From NCBI GenBank assembly GCA_963699775.1, contig CAVOVE010000013.1, positions 263,542-327,541 of the forward strand: DNA of 64,000 nt, in the 5' to 3' direction. The translations under genes were made by a program, and so were the position numbers. Below are positions 54,105-62,521 of the stretch, one piece after another. The first letter of the stretch is position 1, and each line of letters opens with the position of its first letter. The notes under the pieces were generated by a model. That model ran no database searches. It saw only the letters and a program-made list of their open reading frames with translations, and was not told where the DNA came from. Origin of the DNA: an uncultured Candidatus Rokubacteria bacterium (lineage in GTDB: Bacteria; JAUVQV01; DATDCY01).

Positions 54105-54345
54105 CGCCGCGGCGTGCGCATCGACCTCCACGACCGCTCCGGCGACGACACCGCCTCCGGCAGCGACGGGCTGGAGATGCAGATCCACGGCAACGCGCAG
54201 GACCGGCTCGGTCAGATCTTGAAGGCCGGCAAGTTCGTGGTCTGCGGGGATGTCGGCCAGACCTTCATGTACGGCGCCAAGGGGGGGCGAAGTCTACATC
54301 CGGGGCAACGCCGCCGGCCGCCCGCTGATCAACGCGGTTGGCAAG
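54105..54345 (+). pseudogene. about 240-bp fragment paralogous to the GXGXG gene (matches 50691-50929), with an internal frame break
   Basis: The direct nucleotide alignment is long and nearly gap-free: GCGCATCGACCTC...GGGCTGGAGATGCAGATCCACGGCAACGCGCAGGACC...GGCCAGACCTTCATGTACGGCGCCAAGGGGGG...ATCCGGGGCAACGCCGCCGGCCGCCCGCTGATCAACGC. It encodes GVRIDLHDRSGDD...GLEMQIHGNAQDRLGQILKAGKFVVCGDVGQTFMYGAKGG/EVYIRGNAAGRPLINAVGK. There is no homology outside these bounds. Confidence 0.8.
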
Positions 54346-54478
54346 ACGCTGGCCGACGCCAACAGATTCGGCAGCCCGGTCAGGGCGCCGGAGGGCCGGA
54401 CGCACGGGAACAGCGACAACCCCGATGCTCCTTCATCCTCCCGGAAGCCGAAGAGTGTCAACACTATGAGCAGGCGTC

Positions 54479-54507
54479 TTGACAGAGCTCTTCTTTCTCA
54501 CGAGAAT
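54479..54507 (+). promoter_or_regulatory. candidate sigma70 promoter TTGACA-N17-GAGAAT
   Basis: Perfect -35 hexamer, 55 nt upstream of ATG 54562. Confidence 0.4.
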
Positions 54508-54561
54508 TGCGGGCGCAGATTGCATAGGATGGTTACGCACCAGACACTGTGCTGAGGAAAG

Positions 54562-56352
54562 ATGCTGAAAATACGCTCGATGCCCCGCGCCGACGAGCGC
54601 GATCGACCGATAACGGAGAAGCGTTCATCGCCCCGCACCACCGAGCAGCCGGCCGGAGCGGTCTTCATCGAAATCGAGCACTCCTATGGGCCGCTCCGGA
54701 CCAGCGTCTATCGTGTTCTGGAAGAGGACGAGCGGGGGCTTTCTTTCCTGGTCCCCGGCGAGGACGGGTACTTTCTTGAAGGGACACCCCTGCGGTTTTC
54801 GATCATTCTCAAAGATCGGCTCCGGACCAAGCACTTCGGCTTCACCCGCTCCTGCCAGCCGACGAATTCGGAGGAGGGGGAGAAGATCTACCGCATCGGC
54901 GTGGAATTGTGCGATGCGTTGCGCACCCCCCCGCGGACGGAATACACCCTCAGGGCCCCGCGCCTGAGGTCGGGAAAGGGCAAGGAATTTCACATCACCT
55001 TCCGTCTCGCGGAGGAGGAGTTCCGCTCCGAGCTGACCGACATTTCCAGATACAGCGCCGCATTCGCCTGCACGCCGGAGGACCTGCTCTCGCTGCGAAT
55101 CGGAGCCGTCCTCTCCGGTGTCCGAATCCAGGCGGGAAAGAGGGTGATTTTCGAGGGCTCGGCGACGATCCGGCGGATCGCTCATGAGGGGAAGGGCAAG
55201 CCCCGGGTCGTCATCGAGCCGCGAGGTCTTCCCATCGACCTGGACGCCGTGCGGAAGGCCGACCTGCTGAATACCGCGTTTGAAGGCACCACCAGTCTCA
55301 TCGCCCAGCATGAAAGCTATCAAAGTGTTGATGCCACATTCAGGGCGATGGTTGCGGATCTGCGGTTCTTTCTGGAGGACTTCCGGCACTATCTGGAGAG
55401 CCCCCTCCTCGACTCGGAGAGCGAAAAGCCCGAGCAACTTCTGCAGGAGATCTTTCCGCTCTTTTTCAGCGGCCTGGACGGGAAGGTCACACGGCTGGAC
55501 TCCTACGCGACGGAGCTCGGTCTCAGCGAGGATAAGGCCTGGCTGCACCGACAGTACTATCAAAAGAACCTGCTCTCCCTGTTCGTTGCCGCTCCCTACA
55601 ATCACCGCATCTATTTCAAGCCGAGAGGCTACCCCGGCGACTTCGAGATGATGCGCCTGGTGCACCGCGACAGCTTCGAGGGCGCGAGCCTCTTTGGGAA
55701 GATACTCAATAAATATTCGACATCCATCCCGATCGCACGGGCAGTGCGGGAGCGGACGACCTATTTCAAGGAGCGGCTGGCCGCGGAACTGGTCCGCAAT
55801 CCCGCGCTTCAGGTCCTCAGCATCGCCTCCGGTCCCGCGCTGGAGTTCGACGCCCTGCTCGAGGAAACGCCCGCCCTCGCCGACGGTCTCTCGGTGAGCC
55901 TCCTGGACCAGGAGATCGAGGCGCTGCAGTTCTCGCTCGAGAATCTCTCCGAGCGGCGCATCCGCACCGGCTGCGGGATGCGGGTCAGCTGTCTGCACCA
56001 GAACATCGGGAACTATCTGCGCCGTGTCGCCCGGCGGCAGATCGGCGAGCGCTACGATCTGATCTACGCCGCGGGGCTCTTCGACTACTTCGACCGCAAG
56101 ACGAGCGCCTTTGTCATCCGCCAGATCCTCTCCCTGCTCCGACCCGGGGGGCACCTCATCGTCGCCAATCTCTCGCTCACGGGCCACCTGCATCGGGTGT
56201 ACATGGAGTACGGGCACGATTGGAACCTGATCTACCGCTCGTCCGAAGAGATGGCCGAGCTTGCCGAGGGGCTGCCGGCGGGAACCCGGGTCAAGGTCGG
56301 TCAGATCGCAGACGGTCTGGTGACGCTCCTGGAAGTCTCGCCCGAGCGCTGA
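54562..56352 (+). CDS. PilZ-like N-terminal region (two beta-barrel-like modules) fused to a class I SAM-dependent methyltransferase (PhcB-like family), intact
   Basis: RSSPR (an RxxxR motif) and later TDISRYSAAF (a DxSxxG-like motif). The methyltransferase motifs are VLSIASGPALE, LLDQE, YDLIYAAGLFDYF and LRPGGHLIVANL. Confidence 0.65.
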   Translation: MLKIRSMPRADERDRPITEKRSSPRTTEQPAGAVFIEIEHSYGPLRTSVYRVLEEDERGLSFLVPGEDGYFLEGTPLRFSIILKDRLRTKHFGFTRSCQPTNSEEGEKIYRIGVELCDALRTPPRTEYTLRAPRLRSGKGKEFHITFRLAEEEFRSELTDISRYSAAFACTPEDLLSLRIGAVLSGVRIQAGKRVIFEGSATIRRIAHEGKGKPRVVIEPRGLPIDLDAVRKADLLNTAFEGTTSLIAQHESYQSVDATFRAMVADLRFFLEDFRHYLESPLLDSESEKPEQLLQEIFPLFFSGLDGKVTRLDSYATELGLSEDKAWLHRQYYQKNLLSLFVAAPYNHRIYFKPRGYPGDFEMMRLVHRDSFEGASLFGKILNKYSTSIPIARAVRERTTYFKERLAAELVRNPALQVLSIASGPALEFDALLEETPALADGLSVSLLDQEIEALQFSLENLSERRIRTGCGMRVSCLHQNIGNYLRRVARRQIGERYDLIYAAGLFDYFDRKTSAFVIRQILSLLRPGGHLIVANLSLTGHLHRVYMEYGHDWNLIYRSSEEMAELAEGLPAGTRVKVGQIADGLVTLLEVSPER

Positions 56353-56367
56353 GGCCGCTGTCCCCCG

Positions 56368-58359
56368 CTAACTATCGCGGGGACGTCCCAGTTCGGCCCG
56401 CACCGCGGCGCCGATCTTGCGCAGCGTGTAGGGTTTCATGATGTACGCCCCGGCGCCGAGACGGATGGTTTCCCGCACCCGGTCGGTTTCTGAAAAGCCG
56501 CTGGCGATGATCGCCCTGGTCCGGGGTTGGGCCTCCAGGATCCGGCGATAGGTGTCGAGGCCGTCGATCCCGGGGTCCATGATCATGTCCAGGATCACCA
56601 GGTCGACCGGGTGGGACTTCAGGTGCTCCACCGCCATCTCCCCGCTCTCCGCTGTCTCGACGAGGTACCCGAGTTTCTGTAACAGATCGCGGGCGATCTC
56701 CCGCTGGCCGGCAATATCGTCCACAACGAGGATGCTTTCGGCATTTCCCATGAATTCAAGTTCGGAGATCGACTCCTGCTCCTTGCCCGGCAGCTTGAGG
56801 GTGCGCGGTATGGAAAGGGAAATCGTGGTGCCCTGCCCCTCGATGCTCTGCACATCGATCTTGCCGTGGTGGTCCTCCACCGTTCCCCAGACCACGGACA
56901 TCCCGAGGCCGGTGCCGCTGCGGCCCATGGCCTTTTTCGTGTAAAAAGGCTCGAAGATCTTCTTGCAGTCCTCAGCCGAGAGGCCGAGCCCGTTGTCCGC
57001 GACCTCAAGGAGGACGTAGTCGCCGTCCGCAAGCAAGGTGTCCGCCCCTTTCCGGAGGCCGGAGACGGTGCGATTGAGCGTGGTGATAACCACCTCGCCC
57101 TGGCCATCGATAGCCTCGGCGGCATTCGAGACGAGGTTCATCAGGGAATTGCGGATATGGTGCGGCGAGCCCTCGACGCACCAGAGGTCGGGCAGGAGGT
57201 CGGCGGTGATCTTGACCTTGGGGTGATGGAACCCCAGTTTCTCGCATTCAGGCGAGTTGAGATACTCCGCGACAATATCGTTGATGTTCGTGACCTCCTT
57301 GACCGTCACCCCCCGCCGCGCGAGGGTCAAAAGATCCCTGACGATGGCCGCGGCCTTCAGCCCCGATTGCTGCATGGTCAGGACATGCTTGCGGGTGGGG
57401 CTGTCCTTGGGCAGCAGCAGCAGGATCAGGTCGGGATAGGCCACAATGGCGTTCAAGACGTTGTTCAGATCGTGGGCCACCCCGCCGGCCAGGCGCCCGA
57501 TGGCTTCCATCTTCTCCGCGCTGGCGAGCCGCTCCTCGAGCAGCCGCTTCTCCCGCTCGGCCTTCTCCCGCTCTTCAATCTCGCGGTGGAGGTTCTCATT
57601 TTTCACCTGGAGCTCGAGGGTCCGCTCCTGCACTTTCTGCTCAAGGTCGCGGTTGGCCGCGTGGACTTTCTCCTTTTCCTCCTCCAGCCGCCGTTGGAGG
57701 TAGAAGTCCCGCCGCCCGTAGTACTCGATCGAGTAGCAGGTGAACATCCCGATGATGTTGGCGCTGATGAAGAAGAAATTGTTGTTGACGAGGATCGGCC
57801 ACGGCGTCGCGGTGGCGACGGCGGCCAGCTCGTAGATGAGCACCAGAAACCAGGCCGCCGCGGTGGCGAAGATAAAGCGCACCCGGATGAAGGTGTAACC
57901 CCAGATGAAGATCAGGATCAGGCCGGCGTAATAGGAGAAGCTCGCCGGCGGACCGGCAAGAACGACCATCGCGATGATGACCAGACCGCCGAGGATCATC
58001 AACCCCGTCATCGTGAGCTGAAAGAACGCGCGGTAGCGGCTGGAGAAGCTCAGGAAAAACACCGCAACCAGGGCCGGGTCGACCACGGCGTACCGCAACA
58101 GCCAGAACATGTGTTTCTTCTCGGGTATCAGCACCGCGTCGAGCAGCCCGAAGACGCTGTAGAGCAGAAAGCCGAGGATGATTGCCAGCCGGATCTGCGG
58201 CAGGGACTTGAGGAAAAAGTTCTCCCGATAGGCCGCTTCGTACTCCCCGGAGAAGGTGAGGGTGAACGGGTTCAGGCCGATGGAGCGCAACCGGTGCGAC
58301 GTCGGGAAGATCAGGCGCGAACTCCGCAGGAATTCCTTCATGCCGCGGCGATTATCCAT
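56368..58359 (-). CDS. hybrid sensor histidine kinase / response regulator with an N-terminal 6-TM sensor domain (intact)
   Basis: Six hydrophobic helices, then RRDFYLQRRLEEEKEKV (coiled coil). The H-box is GRLAGGVAHDLNNVLNAI, the N-box is NLVSNAAEA, and the G-boxes are DNGLGLS and GTGLGMSVV. The REC domain is ILVVDD...VDLVILDMIMDPGIDG. ATG 58359 is chosen as the start. Confidence 0.85.
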   Translation of the reverse strand: MDNRRGMKEFLRSSRLIFPTSHRLRSIGLNPFTLTFSGEYEAAYRENFFLKSLPQIRLAIILGFLLYSVFGLLDAVLIPEKKHMFWLLRYAVVDPALVAVFFLSFSSRYRAFFQLTMTGLMILGGLVIIAMVVLAGPPASFSYYAGLILIFIWGYTFIRVRFIFATAAAWFLVLIYELAAVATATPWPILVNNNFFFISANIIGMFTCYSIEYYGRRDFYLQRRLEEEKEKVHAANRDLEQKVQERTLELQVKNENLHREIEEREKAEREKRLLEERLASAEKMEAIGRLAGGVAHDLNNVLNAIVAYPDLILLLLPKDSPTRKHVLTMQQSGLKAAAIVRDLLTLARRGVTVKEVTNINDIVAEYLNSPECEKLGFHHPKVKITADLLPDLWCVEGSPHHIRNSLMNLVSNAAEAIDGQGEVVITTLNRTVSGLRKGADTLLADGDYVLLEVADNGLGLSAEDCKKIFEPFYTKKAMGRSGTGLGMSVVWGTVEDHHGKIDVQSIEGQGTTISLSIPRTLKLPGKEQESISELEFMGNAESILVVDDIAGQREIARDLLQKLGYLVETAESGEMAVEHLKSHPVDLVILDMIMDPGIDGLDTYRRILEAQPRTRAIIASGFSETDRVRETIRLGAGAYIMKPYTLRKIGAAVRAELGRPRDS

Positions 58360-58526
58360 CAGACAACCCCTGCCCGTCAATTTCCTCTCCAGGCCGATCG
58401 CTCTGCCCCTCCGCTGAAAAATGGTTCATCTGAAAGCGAGAGGGCTGCTGCTGACGCACAACGGCCGGGCCCACGGCCGGTACGTGCCCGGCATCGGCGA
58501 TGGAGAGCACACACCCCTGGCCCGGG

Positions 58527-58555
58527 TTGACAAACCATCGGGACAGGGCTAACGG
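58527..58555 (+). promoter_or_regulatory. weak promoter candidate TTGACA-N17-TAACGG ending 6 nt before ATG 58562
   Basis: The -35 hexamer is perfect but the -10 is poor. The geometry again implies a leaderless start. Confidence 0.25.
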
Positions 58556-58561
58556 TGTGCC

Positions 58562-59173
58562 ATGGATCCCTACGGGAAGCAGGAACTGCTGACGTTCTTC
58601 GACCGCCACTTGCGCGACCACGGCGACACACCTCAGGCGGTGCGTTGGACGCCCGCGGGACAGCGTCGAAGGTACGAGGCCTTTCACGAAATCATCGGCG
58701 GCCTGGAAGGCAAATCCCTTCTCGATTTCGGCTGCGGCAAGGGGGACTTCTTCGGCTTCCTCCGCGAGAGGGGTGGTCCCGGTGCTTACTGCGGCATCGA
58801 CGTGAACGCCGGGCTCACGGCGTTGGCTCGCCGCAAGTACCCGGAGGCTGAATTTCAGACGCTCGATATCGACGAGGCCCCCTGGGAGCGACGTTTCGAC
58901 GTCGTGGTCGCCTGCGGAGTTTTCAACCTGCGGATCGGCGGCATCGCGGCGTCCCACCGCGAAACGGCGAAGACCCTGTACGGCCTGTGCCGCGAATCGC
59001 TGCATCTCAATTTTCTCACGGCTCGCAGCCCGCAGCATGACGTCGAGCTTCACTATGTGGAGCCGGTGGCCCTGCTGAGTTTTGCCCTGGAAGAGCTCTC
59101 CCCGAAGGTGACCCTGCGCCACGGCCTCGTGCCGGACGACGTGTATCTCTCGGTGTATCGCTCCGCACCCTAG
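58562..59173 (+). CDS. small class I SAM-dependent methyltransferase (intact)
   Basis: KSLLDFGCGKGDF, YCGIDVN and FDVVVACGVFN. Confidence 0.8.
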   Translation: MDPYGKQELLTFFDRHLRDHGDTPQAVRWTPAGQRRRYEAFHEIIGGLEGKSLLDFGCGKGDFFGFLRERGGPGAYCGIDVNAGLTALARRKYPEAEFQTLDIDEAPWERRFDVVVACGVFNLRIGGIAASHRETAKTLYGLCRESLHLNFLTARSPQHDVELHYVEPVALLSFALEELSPKVTLRHGLVPDDVYLSVYRSAP

Positions 59174-59191
59174 CCGATCGCAAAAAGGCGA

Positions 59192-59224
59192 GGGCTCGCC
59201 CCCCGTCTGCCCGGGGGCGAGCCC
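59192..59224 (-). terminator. perfect 12-bp GC hairpin; on the minus strand it is followed by TCGCCTTTTTG
   Basis: GGGCTCGCCCCC-N9-GGGGGCGAGCCC, 36 nt downstream of the minus-strand small ORF stop and 19 nt after the plus-strand methyltransferase stop. Confidence 0.65.
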
Positions 59225-59259
59225 AGCCGAACAATGCAGAGGCGCTGCGGGCGCGCTCG

Positions 59260-59460
59260 TCAGATCAGCGCCCGGAGAGCCAACCTGATGAGGGCCACCG
59301 TGCCGACGAACGGGAGAGCGATGATGTACGCCAGTCCGATGAACGGCGCGGCGAAGAAGAGCAGGACGTTCTTCGCGACACTCACCCCTGCGGTCCCACT
59401 GGAAAGAGCCTTGACCTCCTCGTGCCGCCCCATGTTGATCGTTCCCACCATCGTTGCCAT
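59260..59460 (-). CDS. 66-aa small membrane protein
   Basis: MATMVGTINMGRHEEVKALSS...NVLLFFAAPFIGLAYIIALPFVGTVALI. An SD (AAGGGG) lies upstream and a terminator downstream. Confidence 0.5.
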   Translation of the reverse strand: MATMVGTINMGRHEEVKALSSGTAGVSVAKNVLLFFAAPFIGLAYIIALPFVGTVALIRLALRALI

Positions 59461-59627
59461 GACCGCTCACCCCCTTCGGGTTTGTTGTTTATGTCCCTAG
59501 AGATAGCATCAATCGTGCCATACCGATCACGAAACCAATAATTGCGTTATTTATATGTATTATCAATTAGTTGCATCGCAGATCGGGCCTCGCTTGGCGT
59601 GACAGTCGCCCTTGAGCCAGGGATGAT

Positions 59628-59727
59628 CTGTACAGAATTATTATTCAGCTTTTCCCGGGCGGAATGTGAAATTCTTCTTTATTAACAGCACCGATGAATG
59701 ATCGGGGCACTGTACAAATTAAATATT
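59628..59727 (+). promoter_or_regulatory. two direct copies of CTGTACA(G/A)AATTA(T/A)(T/A)ATT spaced 82 bp apart in an AT-rich divergent intergenic region
   Basis: The copies are at 59628-59645 and 59710-59727, and each contains the palindrome TGTACA. Confidence 0.35.
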
Positions 59728-59855
59728 TAGCCCGGCGGCAAGGGGTCACAAATCTGCCCGTCCGTTGTTGCCGCAGGCACAGTAGGGTAGGATAGTTCCA
59801 TGCCAGCCCGCGCACAGCAGGACAAATCGCCCGTGGGCTCCGGGGGAACGGCCGC

Positions 59856-61160
59856 ATGAGGTTCTCCCCTCGCGCCCTGCTGGCCGCCGGAGCCCCGGCA
59901 ACGCTGCTGATCGTGGCGGCATTCTGGGTGGCCTATCAGTTCGTGCAGCCCGCGCCGCCGAACCGGATCACGATAGCCACCGGCGCGACCGACGGCGCCT
60001 ACCACGCCTTCGGGGAGCAGTACCGACGCATCGCCGCCGAGCGCAGCATCACGCTCGAGGTGCGCGAGACCGCCGGATCCGTGGAAAATCTCAGGCTGCT
60101 GGCGGACCCGGGCGCAAACGTCTCCGTCGCGCTCGTGCAGGGCGGACTGGCCACCCCGGAGCGCCACCCCGGCCTGGACAGCCTCGGCGTGGTCTTCCTC
60201 GAGCCGCTGTGGGTGTTCTACCGGGACACAGTGGAGCAGGACCGGATGGAAGGGCTGCGCGGGCGCCGGATCGCCATCGGCCCCGTGGGCAGCGGACTGC
60301 ACGTCCTCGCCAGGGAACTGCTTGGTGCCAACGATATGACAGGGCCACCCACGCAGTTGCTCGACCTGCCGACCCGGGAGGCCGCCGAGGAGCTGCTCGC
60401 GGGTCGGGTGGATGCGGTCCTCGTGGCGTCGGCCGCGCAGTCCGAAACCGTCCAGCGACTCCTGCGCGCCGTGGGGGTGCGGCTGATGGACCTGGCGCGC
60501 GCCGAGGGATACACCCGGCGCTTCCCCCACCTCGCCATGGTGACGCTGCCCGAAGGCGCCGTGGACCTGGCGCGAAACATCCCCCCGCAGGACACGCGCC
60601 TCCTTGCCAGCCGGGCCAACCTCGTGGCGCGGGCAGATCTGCACCCGGCCCTGATCACCGTCCTGCTCGAGGCCGCGGAGCGTGTTCACGGCGGTTCCGG
60701 CCTCTTCCACACCGCGGCAGAGTTCCCCTCCCCGATCGGAACCGACCTGCTGGTGCCCGAGGAAGCCCGCCGCTTCTACAAGTCCGGCCGACCCTTCCTG
60801 CAGCGCTACCTGCCCTTCTGGGCCGCGGTGTTCATCGACCGCATGCTCGTCATGCTGCTGCCGCTGGTGGCAGTGCTCCTGCCGGTTTTCAAGATCCTCC
60901 CCGCGCTGTACTCGTGGCGCGTGCGCTCCCGCATCTACCGCCGCTACGGTGAGCTGCGCTACCTCGAAGAGCAGGTCGACACGAGTTTCGATCCAGGGCG
61001 CACCGAGGACTACCTGCGCCAGATCGACCGGATGGAGCAGGCCGTGAACCGCTCCCACACGCCGGTCTCGTACTCGGACCTGCTCTACAACTTTCGCCTG
61101 CACGCCGGGATCGTGCGCGAAAAGATCGCCGCGCGGCAGGGGAAGGCGTCTCACGGATAA
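59856..61160 (+). CDS. TAXI-family TRAP-type solute-binding protein with N- and C-terminal TM anchors (intact)
   Basis: NRITIATGATDGAYHAFGEQY and LEVRETAGSVENLRLL. The C-terminal TM is FWAAVFIDRMLVMLLPLVAVLLPVF. Confidence 0.8.
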   Translation: MRFSPRALLAAGAPATLLIVAAFWVAYQFVQPAPPNRITIATGATDGAYHAFGEQYRRIAAERSITLEVRETAGSVENLRLLADPGANVSVALVQGGLATPERHPGLDSLGVVFLEPLWVFYRDTVEQDRMEGLRGRRIAIGPVGSGLHVLARELLGANDMTGPPTQLLDLPTREAAEELLAGRVDAVLVASAAQSETVQRLLRAVGVRLMDLARAEGYTRRFPHLAMVTLPEGAVDLARNIPPQDTRLLASRANLVARADLHPALITVLLEAAERVHGGSGLFHTAAEFPSPIGTDLLVPEEARRFYKSGRPFLQRYLPFWAAVFIDRMLVMLLPLVAVLLPVFKILPALYSWRVRSRIYRRYGELRYLEEQVDTSFDPGRTEDYLRQIDRMEQAVNRSHTPVSYSDLLYNFRLHAGIVREKIAARQGKASHG

Positions 61161-61199
61161 TATTTTTCCGACCGCGCAGATCCGGCGGCGCGCGATACA

Positions 61200-62450
61200 A
61201 TGAGAACGATGGAAATTGAAACCACGACCTCCCCCTGCCAGGCCGTCCCGGGCGCCGAGCTGACGCGGCGGCATCGTCGCTGCCGCGAGGCCCTGGCCGT
61301 TGTCGCCCCCGCGGCGGGTGGGCTCCTGGTTTTCTCCCCGCGCAACATCTACTACCTCGCCGGCACCCTCGCCACGGGGCTGCTGTGGCTGCCGCGCGAG
61401 GGGGAGCCGGTACTGCTCTGCCGGCGCGGGTTCGAGCGGGCGCTCCTGGAGTCGTCCCTCTCCCGGATCAGCCCCTTCCGCTCCTACCGCGACGTGCCGG
61501 GGCTCCTCGCCGGCGTCGGCTCGCCCCTCGGCGCCACGGCGGCCGCCGAGACCGGCGGCATCTCCTGGGCCCTCGGCGATATCGTGCGCGCGCACCTTGC
61601 CGGGACCGCGCTCGTCCCGGGGGACCGGGCGCTCGCGGCGGCGCGGGAAGTGAAATCGCCCTGGGAACTCGAGCGGATGCGCCGGGCCGGCGCGGCGCAC
61701 GGCCGCGCCCTCGGCGAGCTGCTCCCGGCGCGCATCCGCCCCGGCATGAGCGAGCGCGAGATCGCCGGGCGCCTCTCGGAGGTGCTCTGGGAACTCGGGA
61801 ACCTCGGGGTGCCCCGGATGGAGAACAGCGGCGACTCGGCCTTCCTTGCGCTCGTGGCAGCCGGCGTGCACGGCAATCACCCCGTGGCCTTCAACGGGCC
61901 GGTCGGCCTGCGCGGCGAGCACCCGTCGATGCCGCACCTCGGCCACGCCGGTACAAAGTGGCACCCGGGCGAGCCGCTCGTGGTGGACGCCGGCTTCGTG
62001 GTCGAGGGCTACCACACGGACAAGACCCAGGTCTACTTCGGGGGTAGCGCGTCGCAGATCCCCGCGGCGGCCGTCCGGGCTCACGAGTTCTGCGTGCAGG
62101 TGCAGGAGTGGTGCGCGGAGCGTCTGCGCCCCGGGGGCATCCCCTCGGCGCTCGCGGCGCACTGCTTCGCGTGGGCCGGGCGCGAGGGGCTGGCCGAGGG
62201 TTTCATGGCGCTCGGCGGCAACCAGGTGGGCTTTGTCGGCCACGGCATCGGCCTCGCGCTCGATGAGACCCCGGTGCTCACCAAGGGCTTCGACGCCCCT
62301 CTCGAGGAGGGGATGACGATCGCCGTGGAGCCCAAGATCGGCATCCCCGGGTTCGGCATGGTGGGCCTCGAGAACACGTTCGAGGTCACCCCGGAGGGCG
62401 GGCGCTCCCTCACCGGGGCCCCGACGGGGATCATCTGCGTCGGGAGCTGA
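61200..62450 (+). CDS. M24-family Xaa-Pro aminopeptidase / creatinase-like hydrolase (intact)
   Basis: VVDAGFVVEGYHTDKT, VGHGIGLALDE and IAVEPK. Confidence 0.8.
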   Translation: MRTMEIETTTSPCQAVPGAELTRRHRRCREALAVVAPAAGGLLVFSPRNIYYLAGTLATGLLWLPREGEPVLLCRRGFERALLESSLSRISPFRSYRDVPGLLAGVGSPLGATAAAETGGISWALGDIVRAHLAGTALVPGDRALAAAREVKSPWELERMRRAGAAHGRALGELLPARIRPGMSEREIAGRLSEVLWELGNLGVPRMENSGDSAFLALVAAGVHGNHPVAFNGPVGLRGEHPSMPHLGHAGTKWHPGEPLVVDAGFVVEGYHTDKTQVYFGGSASQIPAAAVRAHEFCVQVQEWCAERLRPGGIPSALAAHCFAWAGREGLAEGFMALGGNQVGFVGHGIGLALDETPVLTKGFDAPLEEGMTIAVEPKIGIPGFGMVGLENTFEVTPEGGRSLTGAPTGIICVGS

Positions 62451-62521
62451 GCGGACAGGCAGCCGGACCTTTTTGACCAGCCTGCCCGTTTCAGGTTTTT
62501 CCGCAACCTGCCTGATCCTGC

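Noticed and set aside
54114-54555. ORFs 54114..54482 and 54250..54555 as real genes.
   Set aside because: Their only meaningful similarity is to an internal 80-aa piece of the GXGXG protein, split over two frames. The rest is unconstrained sequence. I treat them as a pseudogene fragment.
62451-62521. Terminator hairpin between the convergent M24 peptidase and pepF genes.
   Set aside because: Only a 5-6 bp imperfect stem could be drawn around the TTTTT run. That is too weak to report as a feature.
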